Assembly: GCF_023055435.1 (NCBI RefSeq) | Contig: NW_025964353.1 | Coordinates: 1,550,001-1,614,000 of the forward strand | Direction of reading: 5' to 3' | Source: Haliotis rufescens | Taxonomy: Eukaryota | DNA: 64,000 bases | In this document: piece after piece, positions 1 to 11,286 of the stretch | How positions within the stretch are numbered: position 1 is the first letter of the stretch | Layout of the letters: the number at the start of each line of letters is the position of its first letter | Made by a program: the position numbers and the translations under genes | The notes under the pieces: model-generated | What the model saw: the letters and a program-made list of their open reading frames with translations, nothing else | Told to the model about the DNA's origin: nothing | The model's database searches: none

Positions 1-154
1 TGTAGTACGTCATCTGTTCACACAGGTTACACACCAGAACAGCCATCACCCCATACATCTTCCTGGGCCCGAGTTGCATTTTGGGAGATCCCGGCAATTT
101 GCTGAGTGAGTTCTCAGAAGACATGGCGGCCGCCATCTTGTTCTGGTCCTCTAT
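1..154 (-). CDS. 5' coding exon of an SLC15/POT (PTR2) family proton-coupled oligopeptide transporter, truncated by the window edge
   Basis: An acceptor ctccag| at 155-156 is followed by an open frame IEDQNKMAAAMSSENSLSKLPGSPKMQLGPRKMYGVMAVLVCNLCEQMTYY. A hydrophobic run followed by LCEQMTYY resembles the TM1 ExxERFxYY motif of POT transporters. Candidate ATG at 136. Confidence 0.55.
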   Translation of the reverse strand, partial: MEDQNKMAAAMSSENSLSKLPGSPKMQLGPRKMYGVMAVLVCNLCEQMTYY

Positions 155-414
155 CTGGAGGTAGTGAGTCGGAACATATCAACGTAAATATGTTGACCTT
201 CTCATGTAAACAGTTATCACTTGCAAACCTCGTGAAGGGTAGAGATTATTGTCATGTAGATTTACAGTAGATAAACAAATGCAAATGGGATCAGATTTGA
301 CTTGAGTAGGCCAAGTCATTATTCAATGCCAGAGTAGGTCCTCCGTCTCTCCCCAGCTCCAAATCATTTCCCCTTGCGCATTCTTGTATTGTATACATGC
401 TATGTAATGTTTCG

Positions 415-655
415 TGTGTTTGTTTGTTTGTTGTTTAACCCCGAACTCAGCAATGTTCCAGCTATATGACGGCGGTCTGTAAATAATCGAGTCTGGGCCA
501 GACAACCCAGTGATTGATATCATGAGCATCGATCCACGCAACTGGGATACGATGACATGCATCAACCTAGTCAGCGAGCCTGACCACACGAACCCGTTAG
601 TCGCCTCTTACGACAAGCATGTGTTGCTGAAGACCTAACGCGAATCTTCACGGGT
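415..655 (-). mobile_element. SINE-like retroposon family B (non-tRNA head)
   Basis: 5' CCCGTGAAGA..., body GTCGTAAGAGGCGACTAACGGG...CCAGACTCGATTATTTACAGACCGCCGTCATATAGCTGGAA, (AAAC)n tail; TSD GCTATGTAATGT. Confidence 0.85.
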
Positions 656-1074
656 GGCTATGTAATGTATTTATGACAGTTACATTGCCAGAGTGCAATA
701 TAATCAAAGCTATGTTGTGCACATCCACACCACATTTATATATAATAGATCATAAGGCTTATATGATTAATATATAAGTGGTAAAAGCATGATTATTCAA
801 ATTTGATTAAAATATTTTTCAATAAATGCAAAATGAGGTCATTTAGGCCATTAACAGGAGACCACTGCTGTCACGTGGTTTGTCGTGATCGGTGTGACGC
901 GTTCAGTATCTGTGGGCGATGTCATCCTGTCGGACGCTGATTCCATTCCGTGTGAGATGAGACTGCTGATATAGTTGAGGAGATCCGAGGAATCACAATA
1001 GCTGACCTCTAAGCATTCCTTCAATAATTCGTGGGAATTATCAGGTTCATATATGCTGGTAAATATTAACAGTG

Positions 1075-1233
1075 GGTGTCGAGATAGCCTAGTGCTTAAA
1101 GCTTTTGCTCGTCACGCCGAAGACCCGCGTTCGATTCCCCACATGGGTACAATGTGAGAAGTCCATTTCTGGTGTCCCCCGCCGTGATATTGCTGGAATA
1201 TTGCTAAAAGCGGCGTTAACTATACTCACTCAC
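1075..1233 (+). mobile_element. tRNA-headed SINE, family A
   Basis: A-box TAGCCTAGTG, B-box GTTCGATTCC, tail GCTGGAATATTGCTAAAAGCGGCG plus (ACTC)n; TSD AATATTAACAG on both sides. Confidence 0.85.
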
Positions 1234-1272
1234 TAATATTAACAGAAAATTAAACAACTACAAACGTAAAGT

Positions 1273-1615
1273 TGTGAGGTGAGGTGAGGTGAGGTGAAAT
1301 GGGGTTTAACGTCGCGGCCAAGATTATTGCACTAAGTGTGTGTGTGGCTGCTTGTACTAGTCCGGACTGATGCCGATTTATAGTGCTAGCTCACTGAGAT
1401 ACCATGCCGCAGTTTAACATGAATACCCCACTCAGACACAGTATACTGACTCCGAGCCGACCAGTCCTTGTTTTAGCCCCTTAATGCCGAGCACCAGACA
1501 GGTAACAACAAGTACCATCTTTTAACGTCTTTTGGTATAACGCGGCCGGGGCTCGAACCCCGGACCTTCCGCTCTCCGGGCGGACGCTCTACCACTAGAC
1601 CACGGAGGCGGTCCT
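1273..1615 (-). mobile_element. tRNA-headed SINE family C (V-SINE-like central domain)
   Basis: Head GACCGCCTCCGTGGTCTAGTGG...GGTTCGAGCCCC, then ATACCAAAAGACGTTAAAAGATGGTAC...GCTCGGCATTAAGG, and a (CCTCA)n tail; 12-bp TSD CAAACGTAAAGT at 1261-1272 and 1616-1627. Confidence 0.85.
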
Positions 1616-2309
1616 CAAACGTAAAGTATGAATAGTCGTCACGGTTAGCTTAATTCTCTTGAAATGAACGACACGAACTGCTTTATCTGGTTAATTTCTC
1701 AGAAAATATAATTCTTGCACAATATTTGCATATTGAAAATATGTAAAAAGTAAATAATACATAATATTTTACACGGATCGGTACACAGTAAAATTTAAAA
1801 CAAACAAACAAACACCATGCACAGGTGTTCAAATAATTCATCATCAGTTGAATAGGAGATACATTGCTTTTGTTTCATAATTAAAAGGTCTGTTTTTGCA
1901 GCATAGATATTTCTATGTAGGGTCTTGTCATAAGCACATTTCAACTGAGGGTTGTCCTTTACAGTGACAATATGGAACAGAGCATAATATGATACGACCT
2001 ATAGCATGTTTCGTATTTGTGATACATCTTCCTCTGACACACCCACAAACATGCAGGCTAATATTTATTTGTTTTATAGGCTGGTATCCGCACTACAGCA
2101 CAATTAAAGCTCGCTAATCCGGGTGCCATTTTCGGAAACCTTTCTTTTGGGGCGATTCATTTTGGACATCTACATTTACTGAAGCCATAACTCCATGACA
2201 GTGATTTGTTCATCCGGGCATGTGTATATCTGGACATTTGCTCTAGGATGACACTGACCGGATTAACGGTGTTTAACTTACCACCACACGAACGAGTCGA
2301 AACGTAACC

Positions 2310-2310
<1 letters not shown>

Positions 2311-2356
<46 letters not shown>

Positions 2357-2357
2357 G
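2311..2357 (+). repeat. (CT)n(CA)n microsatellite
   Basis: Direct reading. Confidence 0.95.
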
Positions 2358-3924
2358 TGAAGCAAATCGATGGTGAATATCACATATAGGTCATATGGTA
2401 AAGTTCAACGGCATATGGCGTCTTATTGCCTCTGAATTGCGAGTTTCACGACGAAGTAGCCGATATGTACGAGAACGTGGGCTTGTCATCGTCATAACGC
2501 CTCCATAATATTCCCATATCTCATAATGACAAATTCTTAAACTCCATTAACTAGATTTATTATTTGACACTATGGAATCGGACTGCCCCGACAGAATCAT
2601 TATCATGTAACTGGATATATTTGCTGCTCCCAAAGACTTCGAGTTAACAAGTCTTCACAGTAATACGACTGTGCATTCACATTTTATCTGATGATTCTAA
2701 GTACATCACAGGACAAAGTTTATATTTTATGTGCGCTTCATTTAAACATTTTCCGGTAACACAAAGAAATTGAGGAATGTGTAGGAAAATGCATGATTTT
2801 TGTGTGTGTTATATGAGTGAAAAAAGACTTAATTGTTACGTATGGATTGTAATAATAATGAAATCTGTCCATTAAAGCCTTCAAAATTGAAATTGTTTAG
2901 AGGTATCAAAAAGGTACCACATGTATGCAGCGTATAGCTGAGCATAGAAACGCTGCAGAACACGCAAGGAAAGCAATGTTTTACGTTCGCTTCATCGAGC
3001 ACCTTTCATCATTCCTCAGAGCGTAACAGCGATCTGTTTCTCGCTGCCCCACATAATACTCTGACCAAACTTCCGGTGGTGGTACCGGTAAGTTCATGGA
3101 ACTCAACATGAATGATACAATATGTGGGTAGCAATGAGACTAGAAAAAACCCAGTATTTTTGTGTTAAAACATAATAAATGGAAAACATTAATATATTTG
3201 TATTTTTTTACAGATTTGTTTTTAGTCATTTAACTTCAGAATCGCACATTTTTCTCGATTCTTTAGATTTCTGTTAAGTAGAATTCAGGAATCAGGGGAT
3301 TCGAATCCTCACAATTAAAATATCCAGATCACACAATCTTCAGTTTAGTTTGGATCCTACTACAGCACGGGGTACAGAAGACCTATTCTGCCCAGAAGCC
3401 CACAGGGGAAGATTCTCTGGAATTTGTCATAGAAAATATGTGGAATATAGAGAAATACATATTTATATATATAATTTGTTTCATTGTCACTTGTTTAGAA
3501 AGTAAATACTTCCTCCATTCGTCACCACTCGCATCTGTCCCGAAAGGACACGAGTTGACAACGAATGAACTTCCTGTTCTAGTGGATTATGTTAGTCCTG
3601 CCCCATGACTGTTAAATATATGTATTTTAAGAAAACAAAACTAATATATAGAAGCAAGTCTCTAGCCAGTTCTATTTCACAATGATACGGCAGTTTTATG
3701 AGAGAATGCATGGTTCGATTCAAGGAAAGTAACTGCACCGCAACCGCAGTTCAGAGTGAAAGAAGCGGCTGGTAAATCACCATATTTACGGTGTGTGTCA
3801 GAAATCACCGTTTCTGGAACACTGGTTTAAAGAAGTATCCTTGACAGATTCATCGATCGTGAGTGAATAAACAGTGTTAGTGTTAGTGTGTATGTGAATC
3901 TTGTTGACATCTGAGTTGACATGT

Positions 3925-4115
3925 TTGTTCGTTATTTAAACTGGCACTCAGCAATTCTCATGACCAGACAATACACTGACTGGCATCACGAGATGATCCA
4001 CGCAATTGGGATACGATGACATGTATCAACCAAGTCAGCGAGCCTGACCACCCGATCCCGTTAGTCGCCAAGTATGGGTTGCTGAAGACCTATTCTACCT
4101 CGGGTCTTCACGCGT
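3925..4115 (-). mobile_element. family B copy, internally deleted
   Basis: Shares CAAGTCAGCGAGCCTGACCACCCGATCCCGTTAGTCGCC and the GAAGACCTATTCTA head. Confidence 0.75.
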
Positions 4116-5043
4116 CGAGTTCATGTTAAACGGGGGAGAGGGCGTAGAGGAGACCGGTTGATATGTCCCAGACAAATCATAAGGAACATTTAAGGTTCTC
4201 CTAATTATGATATAGAATTTAAATGTTTCACGTCCATTTGTATTGCAGCGGAGTCTTAGTGTGCCTTCGCGATGAATTCAGATAAATACACTTACTTCCC
4301 TTAAACCACGTAAAGAGTACGTAAGCTTCGTTATGTTGATGAATGTACCATGTGCGCCGCAAACATTTGCAGTCTCTTTAACAAAAAACCTTACGAGACC
4401 CACACGTTTTCGGGGATATTGAAAGGCTACCGTGTCGTTTTGCGGTGTTGAAAATGTTAGTACTCAATATAAAAAGAAGTCATCGTTAAAGAATATACGT
4501 ATGTATCAGCAATATGTATATGTACTCCTCGTTCCAGCACTATTGAGCACAATAAACTAAGGCGGTTTCATAAAGAAACTTTTTTAAACAAGGTGTGTGT
4601 GCATTGTGAAATCGTCCACCTTCATAATTATTGATGAAATGTATCGCCTGGGGTTTGGGTACTTTTACGAGGGCAACTATCGAGGCATAACCAGTGTTTG
4701 AGAGCATGTTGCTCGTTAGGCAGCACTCGTCCATATTCCATCCAATGACCGTGGCATGTACATCTCATCTGCACCAGACAAACCAATGATCCATATTGCG
4801 AGCATCGACCGAGGCTGTTTGGGACATGAAACGTTTTGATTTAAAGTTCACACGGCAGTATTTCAGCCACCTGGGGCACCAGTGTTTAGAATCCCAAAGT
4901 AACACTACCAGGCGAGCACTAAAACTAGCTCAAATCCGTTACGCTTCGTATCATACCGCCTGACAGCGTTGATTTTATTTAACTCCAACGACCAAAAAAA
5001 AGAAAGTTAAAACAGAACAAATGGTTGTCATAATTTACGAACA

Positions 5044-5049
5044 TTTATT
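5044..5049 (-). terminator. candidate polyadenylation signal of ATF4
   Basis: AATAAA on the minus strand ~70 nt after the stop codon. Confidence 0.5.
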
Positions 5050-5119
5050 ACATCGAATTCACACACCTTTCATCCACAATATGTACAAGTTGACATTCAC
5101 ACTAACTTTTATCTACACT

Positions 5120-6310
5120 TCACGACTTAACGCCCTTGGCTTTTAACACCTCTGACATGAGGTCCTTCATGTACTGAATCTCGCGTGTCAACTGATCAAC
5201 TTTGTCATGTAGTTCTTTGTTCTTATCCTCGAGACCATTTTCCTCACTTTTTACATCTTCGGCTTCTGCCTTTTTCTTCTGGCGATATCTGATGGCAGCG
5301 TTCTTGTTTTGCAGCTTCTTTTTGTCTTTCTTAGAAAGAAACTCAACATGAAGATCTAAGTCATCTGTGTCCTTAACCTTAGACTTTGTACTACGCCCGC
5401 TAGACTTAGAATAGGGCGACGACCTAATTCTAGATTTGCCATTTGATTTAGGGGTATTGTCCAAAAGCATCGCTTGTAGCTCACTGCAAGTGGATGCGTC
5501 ACTCACAACGTCTGTCGCACAACTTGAGTGGGGGGAGGAGGGCTCGGAGCCAGACAGGAGGCTTTCTACATCTTCTGCGGAGAGAGGTGAATGCATGATT
5601 CCATCCATGTTTGTTATATGTATGGGAGACATGGGAGTCTCGAGACTAGAGTCCAAGGACACAGCGCCCAGGTCTATAGTTGGAGCCACCTGTGCCTCTG
5701 GTGACGGTGGGGTTGATTCCGGCTCCAAGCCCTGCTCTATCAAGCTTCGTAGAATTTCATGACCCTTGGCCTCAGAAGAGGTGTCTGCAGCTTCCCATGA
5801 AGTTTCTGGGACTGAATTGACATCCATGGCACTAGCAGAGTCCTCCACCAGGCTCTGTAGCATCTCCGTGATGCCAACATTCTCCATCCACTCATCGCAG
5901 AAGGGGTCTGGAAAAAGCATTGAACATATTGAAATAAATGGCCTTAAAAGTAATCAGTATTTAACAAAACAGATTTATTCCACGATATTATTCACCATTT
6001 TAAGTCTTAACTAGGAAAACGCCCATTACCAAATCAACTTGGTTTAGTTTCCGGGTTGAACACTCGACCTTGACCTTATGATACGGTCAACTCGTGACCT
6101 TAAACACGCACCTGCGATATGATCTGTCTGAGCTCCAAGCAGCGCGCTGAGGTCATCGACGCCGCTATCGAGCGGAGTCTTGACAACATCTGTCGACTCT
6201 AAGTCGACGTTCTTCCATGGATCATCGAACAGGGTCAGTCCGAGCGAAGGCTCGAGCTGCCAGTCCTCCGACAAGAGGTTGAGGTCCTCCATGTTGAGTG
6301 TAGAAGTCAT
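5120..6310 (-). CDS. ATF4: ATF4/CREB2-like bZIP transcription factor, 328 aa, 2 coding exons
   Basis: Coding exons 6310-6112 and 5907-5120 (GCAG|gtgcgt ... tttccag|AC), 987 nt in frame. The C-terminal bZIP KKKLQNKNAAIRYRQKKKAE...LTREIQYMKDL matches the ATF4/ATF5 family, and the N-terminus is acidic. A second in-frame ATG at 6292 (caacATGG) may be the true start. Confidence 0.93.
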
Positions 6311-6775
6311 CGTAGGTATAAATGGGTTCTGTATCTTGTGCCTTTACAGCAATTGCCAGGGCGAAGAGGAAAACGACATTGTGTTGGGGTCTGAAAGAAA
6401 AAGCTCTCGTGTCAGCCATAAATCTAGAACCAACGATTTGTGGGGGGAGGAGAAATTAAGGTCATTGAAATTGTCAAACATAAAAATTGCATAACAGCTA
6501 TTTAATTCACAAATGTGTGTAGATACAATAAAAATGGAGTTCATATAACCTTATAAAGATAACATACTTCATAATTCCAAGTGCGATTGATAATGGACAA
6601 AATATTAATTGTGTCGTCCATATGGCGGGAAGTAACGCGTGGCACATGTGGACATGTCTAGTCTAACTGCGCAGTTATTTTTAAGTAATAATTAAGCACA
6701 TATAATATCACAATGTAGCACATAAATGTAAATTAAAACGATCAAATGTGTATATTAATAATGTACTTACGCCAT
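6222..6775 (-). CDS. ATF4 uORF2, spliced, overlapping the main CDS out of frame (57 aa)
   Basis: ATG GC|gtaagt at 6775-6771 joins to acceptor tttctttcag| at 6390 (or an in-frame alternative at 6423). It reads MAPQHNVVFLFALAIAVKAQDT...DPVR*, with the stop ending at 6222, giving an 89-nt overlap with the ATF4 CDS. Confidence 0.8.
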
Positions 6776-6816
6776 AGTGCAAAATTATTTGCACGGGTGT
6801 TGCGGGGGTTGCCGGT

Positions 6817-6828
6817 TTACGCTGCCAT
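6817..6828 (-). CDS. ATF4 uORF1 (Met-Ala-Ala-stop)
   Basis: The minus strand reads gtgATG GCA GCG TAA in leader exon 1. A 3-codon uORF1 is the hallmark of ATF4 leaders. Confidence 0.85.
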   Translation of the reverse strand: MAA

Positions 6829-6864
6829 CACGAAAGGTTCAACGTGTAGACTTTCTTGGTAGCT

Positions 6865-7230
6865 GGTAAAACTGAGAATGGAGAGGTGCGGGCGATGTGG
6901 CCAGCTAAAAAGTGCGCTTAGTGTGAAATATTACTACGCGTGACGTCTACAGCTGCCCGAATTAGCTAAATATTCACGTCTATGTGATCATTAGCTTCAT
7001 TTTGAAGTTAAATTACACTTGAACCATATTTACAATATTGGCTTTTGAAACAAACTAGTATATTTATAAAGGTTCTGATGCACTATCTTGCGAAGCGGAT
7101 GTGTAGGTATTTCTAGGGAGTAAACAAAGCATAGGGTTGCATCAGAAAATTCTGGCGGTGTGCCAAAACATGTGATATGACGTAGATCCTGTGAATGCTA
7201 TCACGTGTGATCTGTTATTCGATTGGCCAG
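6865..7230 (-). promoter_or_regulatory. ATF4 promoter: Inr-like TCAGTT, CRE-like, C/EBP-ATF (CARE) and CCAAT motifs
   Basis: Inr-like TCAGTT at ~6870-6875 (minus); TGACGTCT at 6941-6948; TGATGCAAC at 7136-7144 (minus); TGACGTAG at ~7178; CCAAT at ~7222-7226 (minus). Confidence 0.55.
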
Positions 7231-7959
7231 TTACCGACAGCGCCCACAAATGCAGTTGCTATATTTGGGTATTAGCGATACAGCACCCGCCGAACTCGTC
7301 AAACATGAATGGGCACGAGGCAAATACTAAACCACAGGACGAACGTGGTACGGCGACACTTTGCCAAATCATCATTCTTTTGCTGTTGATTCAGCAGGTG
7401 ACACGGAAAAGTAATACCCACGTGTTTATTTCATTCATATCTTGAGTGTTTTTACTATCTTTCAGTCCTCGACAGGTGTGGTATAGGAACATATGTTACC
7501 CCCTCCCGATATTCAACCATACCAACAGCTCCCACACGTTCATAGCGACTAAAATATAATATTATGATCTTAATATAATATGTAATACATAGTATCAACA
7601 AAACAATGAACCTATTAATGTAGATCAATATGTAAGTATCATATGATAGTCCGTGCATGTGACGTGGCGGCTAGAAATCAAATCGAGTGACCGCGGACCG
7701 GTTTCATAAATCATTTACTTTGTACTTTCCAGTAAAATATGTTGATCATAGACATTAGGTAACCTTGTATGTTCCTTTCAATTACTTCTTTATATTGTGT
7801 GATGGTGGTAGTGGCAGTAGTAGTAGTAGGAGCAGTAGAGTTATTTATTTCTCGACACAGTACAACTCAATACATAGTAATGGATGAAGTGTATATATAC
7901 ATTCGTGAAACCGTTTGAATTAATTAAACAGCTCATATTTGGACTTGTATTTTATCTAT

Positions 7960-7960
<1 letters not shown>

Positions 7961-7992
<32 letters not shown>
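7961..7992 (+). repeat. (CA)n microsatellite
   Basis: Direct reading. Confidence 0.95.
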
Positions 7993-7996
<4 letters not shown>

Positions 7997-8871
7997 CGTC
8001 TATATCTGCCCATCTACTGTGTCTTTTTGTGATATCCTTCACAAACTTAAATAAACAAGTCACGTTGCCTTGGATCACGACGATCATCCGGGTATGTCGG
8101 TCGTCATGCAGTGTTCCGGAATATAATTAGATACGAATAACCCCGAGTCATGCCGAAAGCAATCAAGGAAGTACACCATATGCACGCGGTAGTCTTCACA
8201 CTGGCTTCTCAGATAACAAGATGGCTGCTTAATTGCGCTCAATATTCTCATTAATCTGAACAAAAACCTGTGAATGTACGGAAACTATATAACAACATAT
8301 GAAGTATTAATGAATATGTCCACGAATCGTGTCTCCGTTCGCTGAGCAATAGAGCATGAATAACCATATGGTATTTCCCCGAGGCGCCATAAGCTTAAAA
8401 TAGGTCGAACCTTCTACAGCACGTGGGGATAATCGCAAGCCTTAACTACAAATACAGATTAACGACCCATGGGGATCTTAGGATAAAAGTGTATGTCGGT
8501 TTGACAAACAAAGATGTATGAATGTGGATCTATTTATAGCAAAATGTGCACAGATTATAATTATATTGAATAAAATCACACGATCCACACATTGAAATAT
8601 GTTTACATAATTGATGGTTCATAGGATTTATTTGGTATTCCCTCTTTGTTCAAATTAGTACACAAGACTATAGCTCAGTTAAAGTGAATCACTTTTGAAT
8701 ACTTCTGTTCAGTTATGAAAATAGTTCTTATGTTATATATACACATGGAACTAATATGACGTACACTCACCGTCATATAGCTGGAATATTGCCGACTATG
8801 GCGTTAAACAACAAACAAACAAACAAACACCTTGTACACTCGAGATATCTTACCGATGGAAACAAACCTGA

Positions 8872-9032
8872 GTAAGTGAGTGAGTATGGTTATACGCCGC
8901 TTTTAGCAATATTCCAGCAATATCACGGCGGAGGACACCAGCAATGGGCTTCACACATTGTACCCATGTCAGGAATCGAACCCGGGGCGTGACGAGCGAA
9001 CGCTTTAACCACTAGGCTACTCCACCACCCCC
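8872..9032 (-). mobile_element. SINE family A copy
   Basis: Reverse complement of 1075-1233; TSD GAAACAAACCTGA. Confidence 0.85.
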
Positions 9033-9232
9033 GAAACAAACCTGACATACTCAATACATAGACATGTAAGCAGAAGGGCTAAATCGGTTGGTTATTTGTG
9101 CAGTTAACACAATTAAAATACGTATTGGTCGTTAAAGTGGTGTTTAACGCCACATTACGGGTCTGGGTCAGGCATACCATTTGAAAATGAGCGCCATAAT
9201 AAAAATCGCTCTGCTCCTTAAATAGATATTAG

Positions 9233-9403
9233 AGTGAGTGAGTGAGTATGGTTTTACGCCGCTTTTAGCAATATTCCAGCAATATCACGGCGGGGGGCAC
9301 CAGAAATGGCCTTCACACATTGTACCCATGTCGGGAATCGAACCCTGGTATTCGGCGTGGCGAGGGAACGCTTTAAACATGGACTAGGCTACCCGACCGT
9401 CCC
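9233..9403 (-). mobile_element. SINE family A copy
   Basis: Same sequence; TSD GATATTAGA. Confidence 0.85.
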
Positions 9404-9763
9404 AATGGATATTAGAACGCACTAGTTTCTCTTCGTTCTGATTCTTACTCTCGTAGGACTAGTTATCTTGAGACAACCGCCATATAAATCAACACGACAA
9501 TATGAACCCACGTAACGATGACACAATCAGAACACATCGGGACAACGACCCTAACGGGTGTAAAAGGGGAACAGCCCTATCTATTCTCCATGGTGACAGT
9601 GACTTGACAGCAGTCAGAAGCCTAGCCTATAGGACAGGGGAAAACAACATAAGTCATTTACATGGAATTTTATCTTTATTATGAAAATATGAAATATTAT
9701 AGTAGAAAAATATGCATGCAAATATATAGAAATGGATTCTCAGTCCTTGTCAAAATACATACA

Positions 9764-9767
<4 letters not shown>

Positions 9768-9809
<42 letters not shown>
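9768..9809 (+). repeat. (TA)n microsatellite
   Basis: Direct reading. Confidence 0.95.
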
Positions 9810-9812
<3 letters not shown>

Positions 9813-11286
9813 CCGCACACCGCTGACTATATATAGTATAAGTGCAGCTGTTATACCTCAGCATAATCAAACCTGGTGACAAATCAGTTGAAATTCTCTG
9901 ACTATACACTGACCTACAGGGAGTCCACTTACATATACATATCGTCCCTTCACGTGAATCTTGTAAACAATCAGCAGTGCTGATACAGCCGTGTAGAAAG
10001 TCCAGCTCAACAGTTGTGGGTATGTCTTTAACCCAATAACAAAGTAACCATTTATGGGTGAATACGCCTAGTTTGATGCATGTGTATCATAAAACATTCT
10101 CGAGATAACAGTCACGCCGTCTGTCCATTAATAACTAGCGTCTAGACTCACATATCACGTTTTTAGCAGGACAAGACTGCTGACACAAAACGATCCTATC
10201 AAATGCTAGGTTAACATTACAGTACTTGAGCAGATGCTGTGGTGCGATATCCATGTCGCTAGGATAACCCTGTGCGCACGGCACATTTATCGCACATTTT
10301 AGGATTCCTCTTAGGATATGTTTTAGTAAGAGTTTGAGATGAAACTGAATAATTACCTATAACTTAATAACTTCATGCGCCGCAATAAATACGAAATATA
10401 TTACCGATATATCTTTTGTTTGTTTGTTCTTTCACTGAGTGTCCAACATATGACATCTGCCTACATCTCCCACCTGTGAACTGCCTTATGAGATAATGTC
10501 GAACCCCACGGCATGAGTCGCTGTACTTAAAATATTTTGTCATGGTTTGTCTGATCCACACTCAAGACAGGCCGCCGTGATATACCATCGTATTAACATC
10601 AATGCTGCATAGTGCTGTGCATTTACCCATTAACGCAACATCGACACCATACATGCAGAACAGAACAATTACATGTAACAGGTGGGTAAGGATGAGATAT
10701 GGACGAACAACTAATTTATTACAACGAGGAGCGACAGGTCGGTGTAGGTTCTATCTCCTTATCAAGCATGCGTTACAACCTACACCGAAAAGTGGCTCTT
10801 AATTGTAATACTGACGTTTTTCATCCATAATTCATATCCTTACTTAGTACTCCAACCTCTAAATGCCCCTCAAAGAAGTTATGTACCACGTGCATATACT
10901 ACTCAAAAGAAGTTCAGGACCAGTCCATTGTTTCATATTACTATAGTTAATTTGTCATGACATACCATAACTATCGTTAATCTGTCATGTACAATATATG
11001 TACATTTCTGAATAATGCATATAGAAATGTCCTAGCGGTTGGTGTGTCTATAGAATGGTATTCAGAGCACCCTGGCCCTGATGAGGGTGTTACACGGAGA
11101 GGACTGCGGCCAATACATGAAGTGCATGGCTTGCTTACGTTTTACAAAGGAGGCTAAAAAGAAGGCTTTTCCAACCGATACGTGAGACATCAATGTGCAT
11201 GTACGTGCATGTACGTGCACACACATGTATACGTCAGGGAAAGATATATCTTGTGTGGCTGTTGGGACGTCATGTGACATGTTTAG

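Noticed and set aside
323-589. ORFs such as 323-589, 15899-16207 and 27010-27219 with similar peptides
   Set aside because: They are translations of family B retroposon copies, not a gene family.
850-946. Possible upstream coding exon of the SLC15 gene (MESASDRMTSPTDTERV...)
   Set aside because: No convincing donor site; cannot be supported without transcript data.
4632-4640. TGATGAAAT CARE-like site between ATF4 and the SLC15 gene
   Set aside because: A single AT-rich 9-mer is expected by chance, and the SLC15 TSS is unknown.
5436-6014. Plus-strand ORFs opposite ATF4
   Set aside because: Antisense shadows of a coding exon with no independent support.
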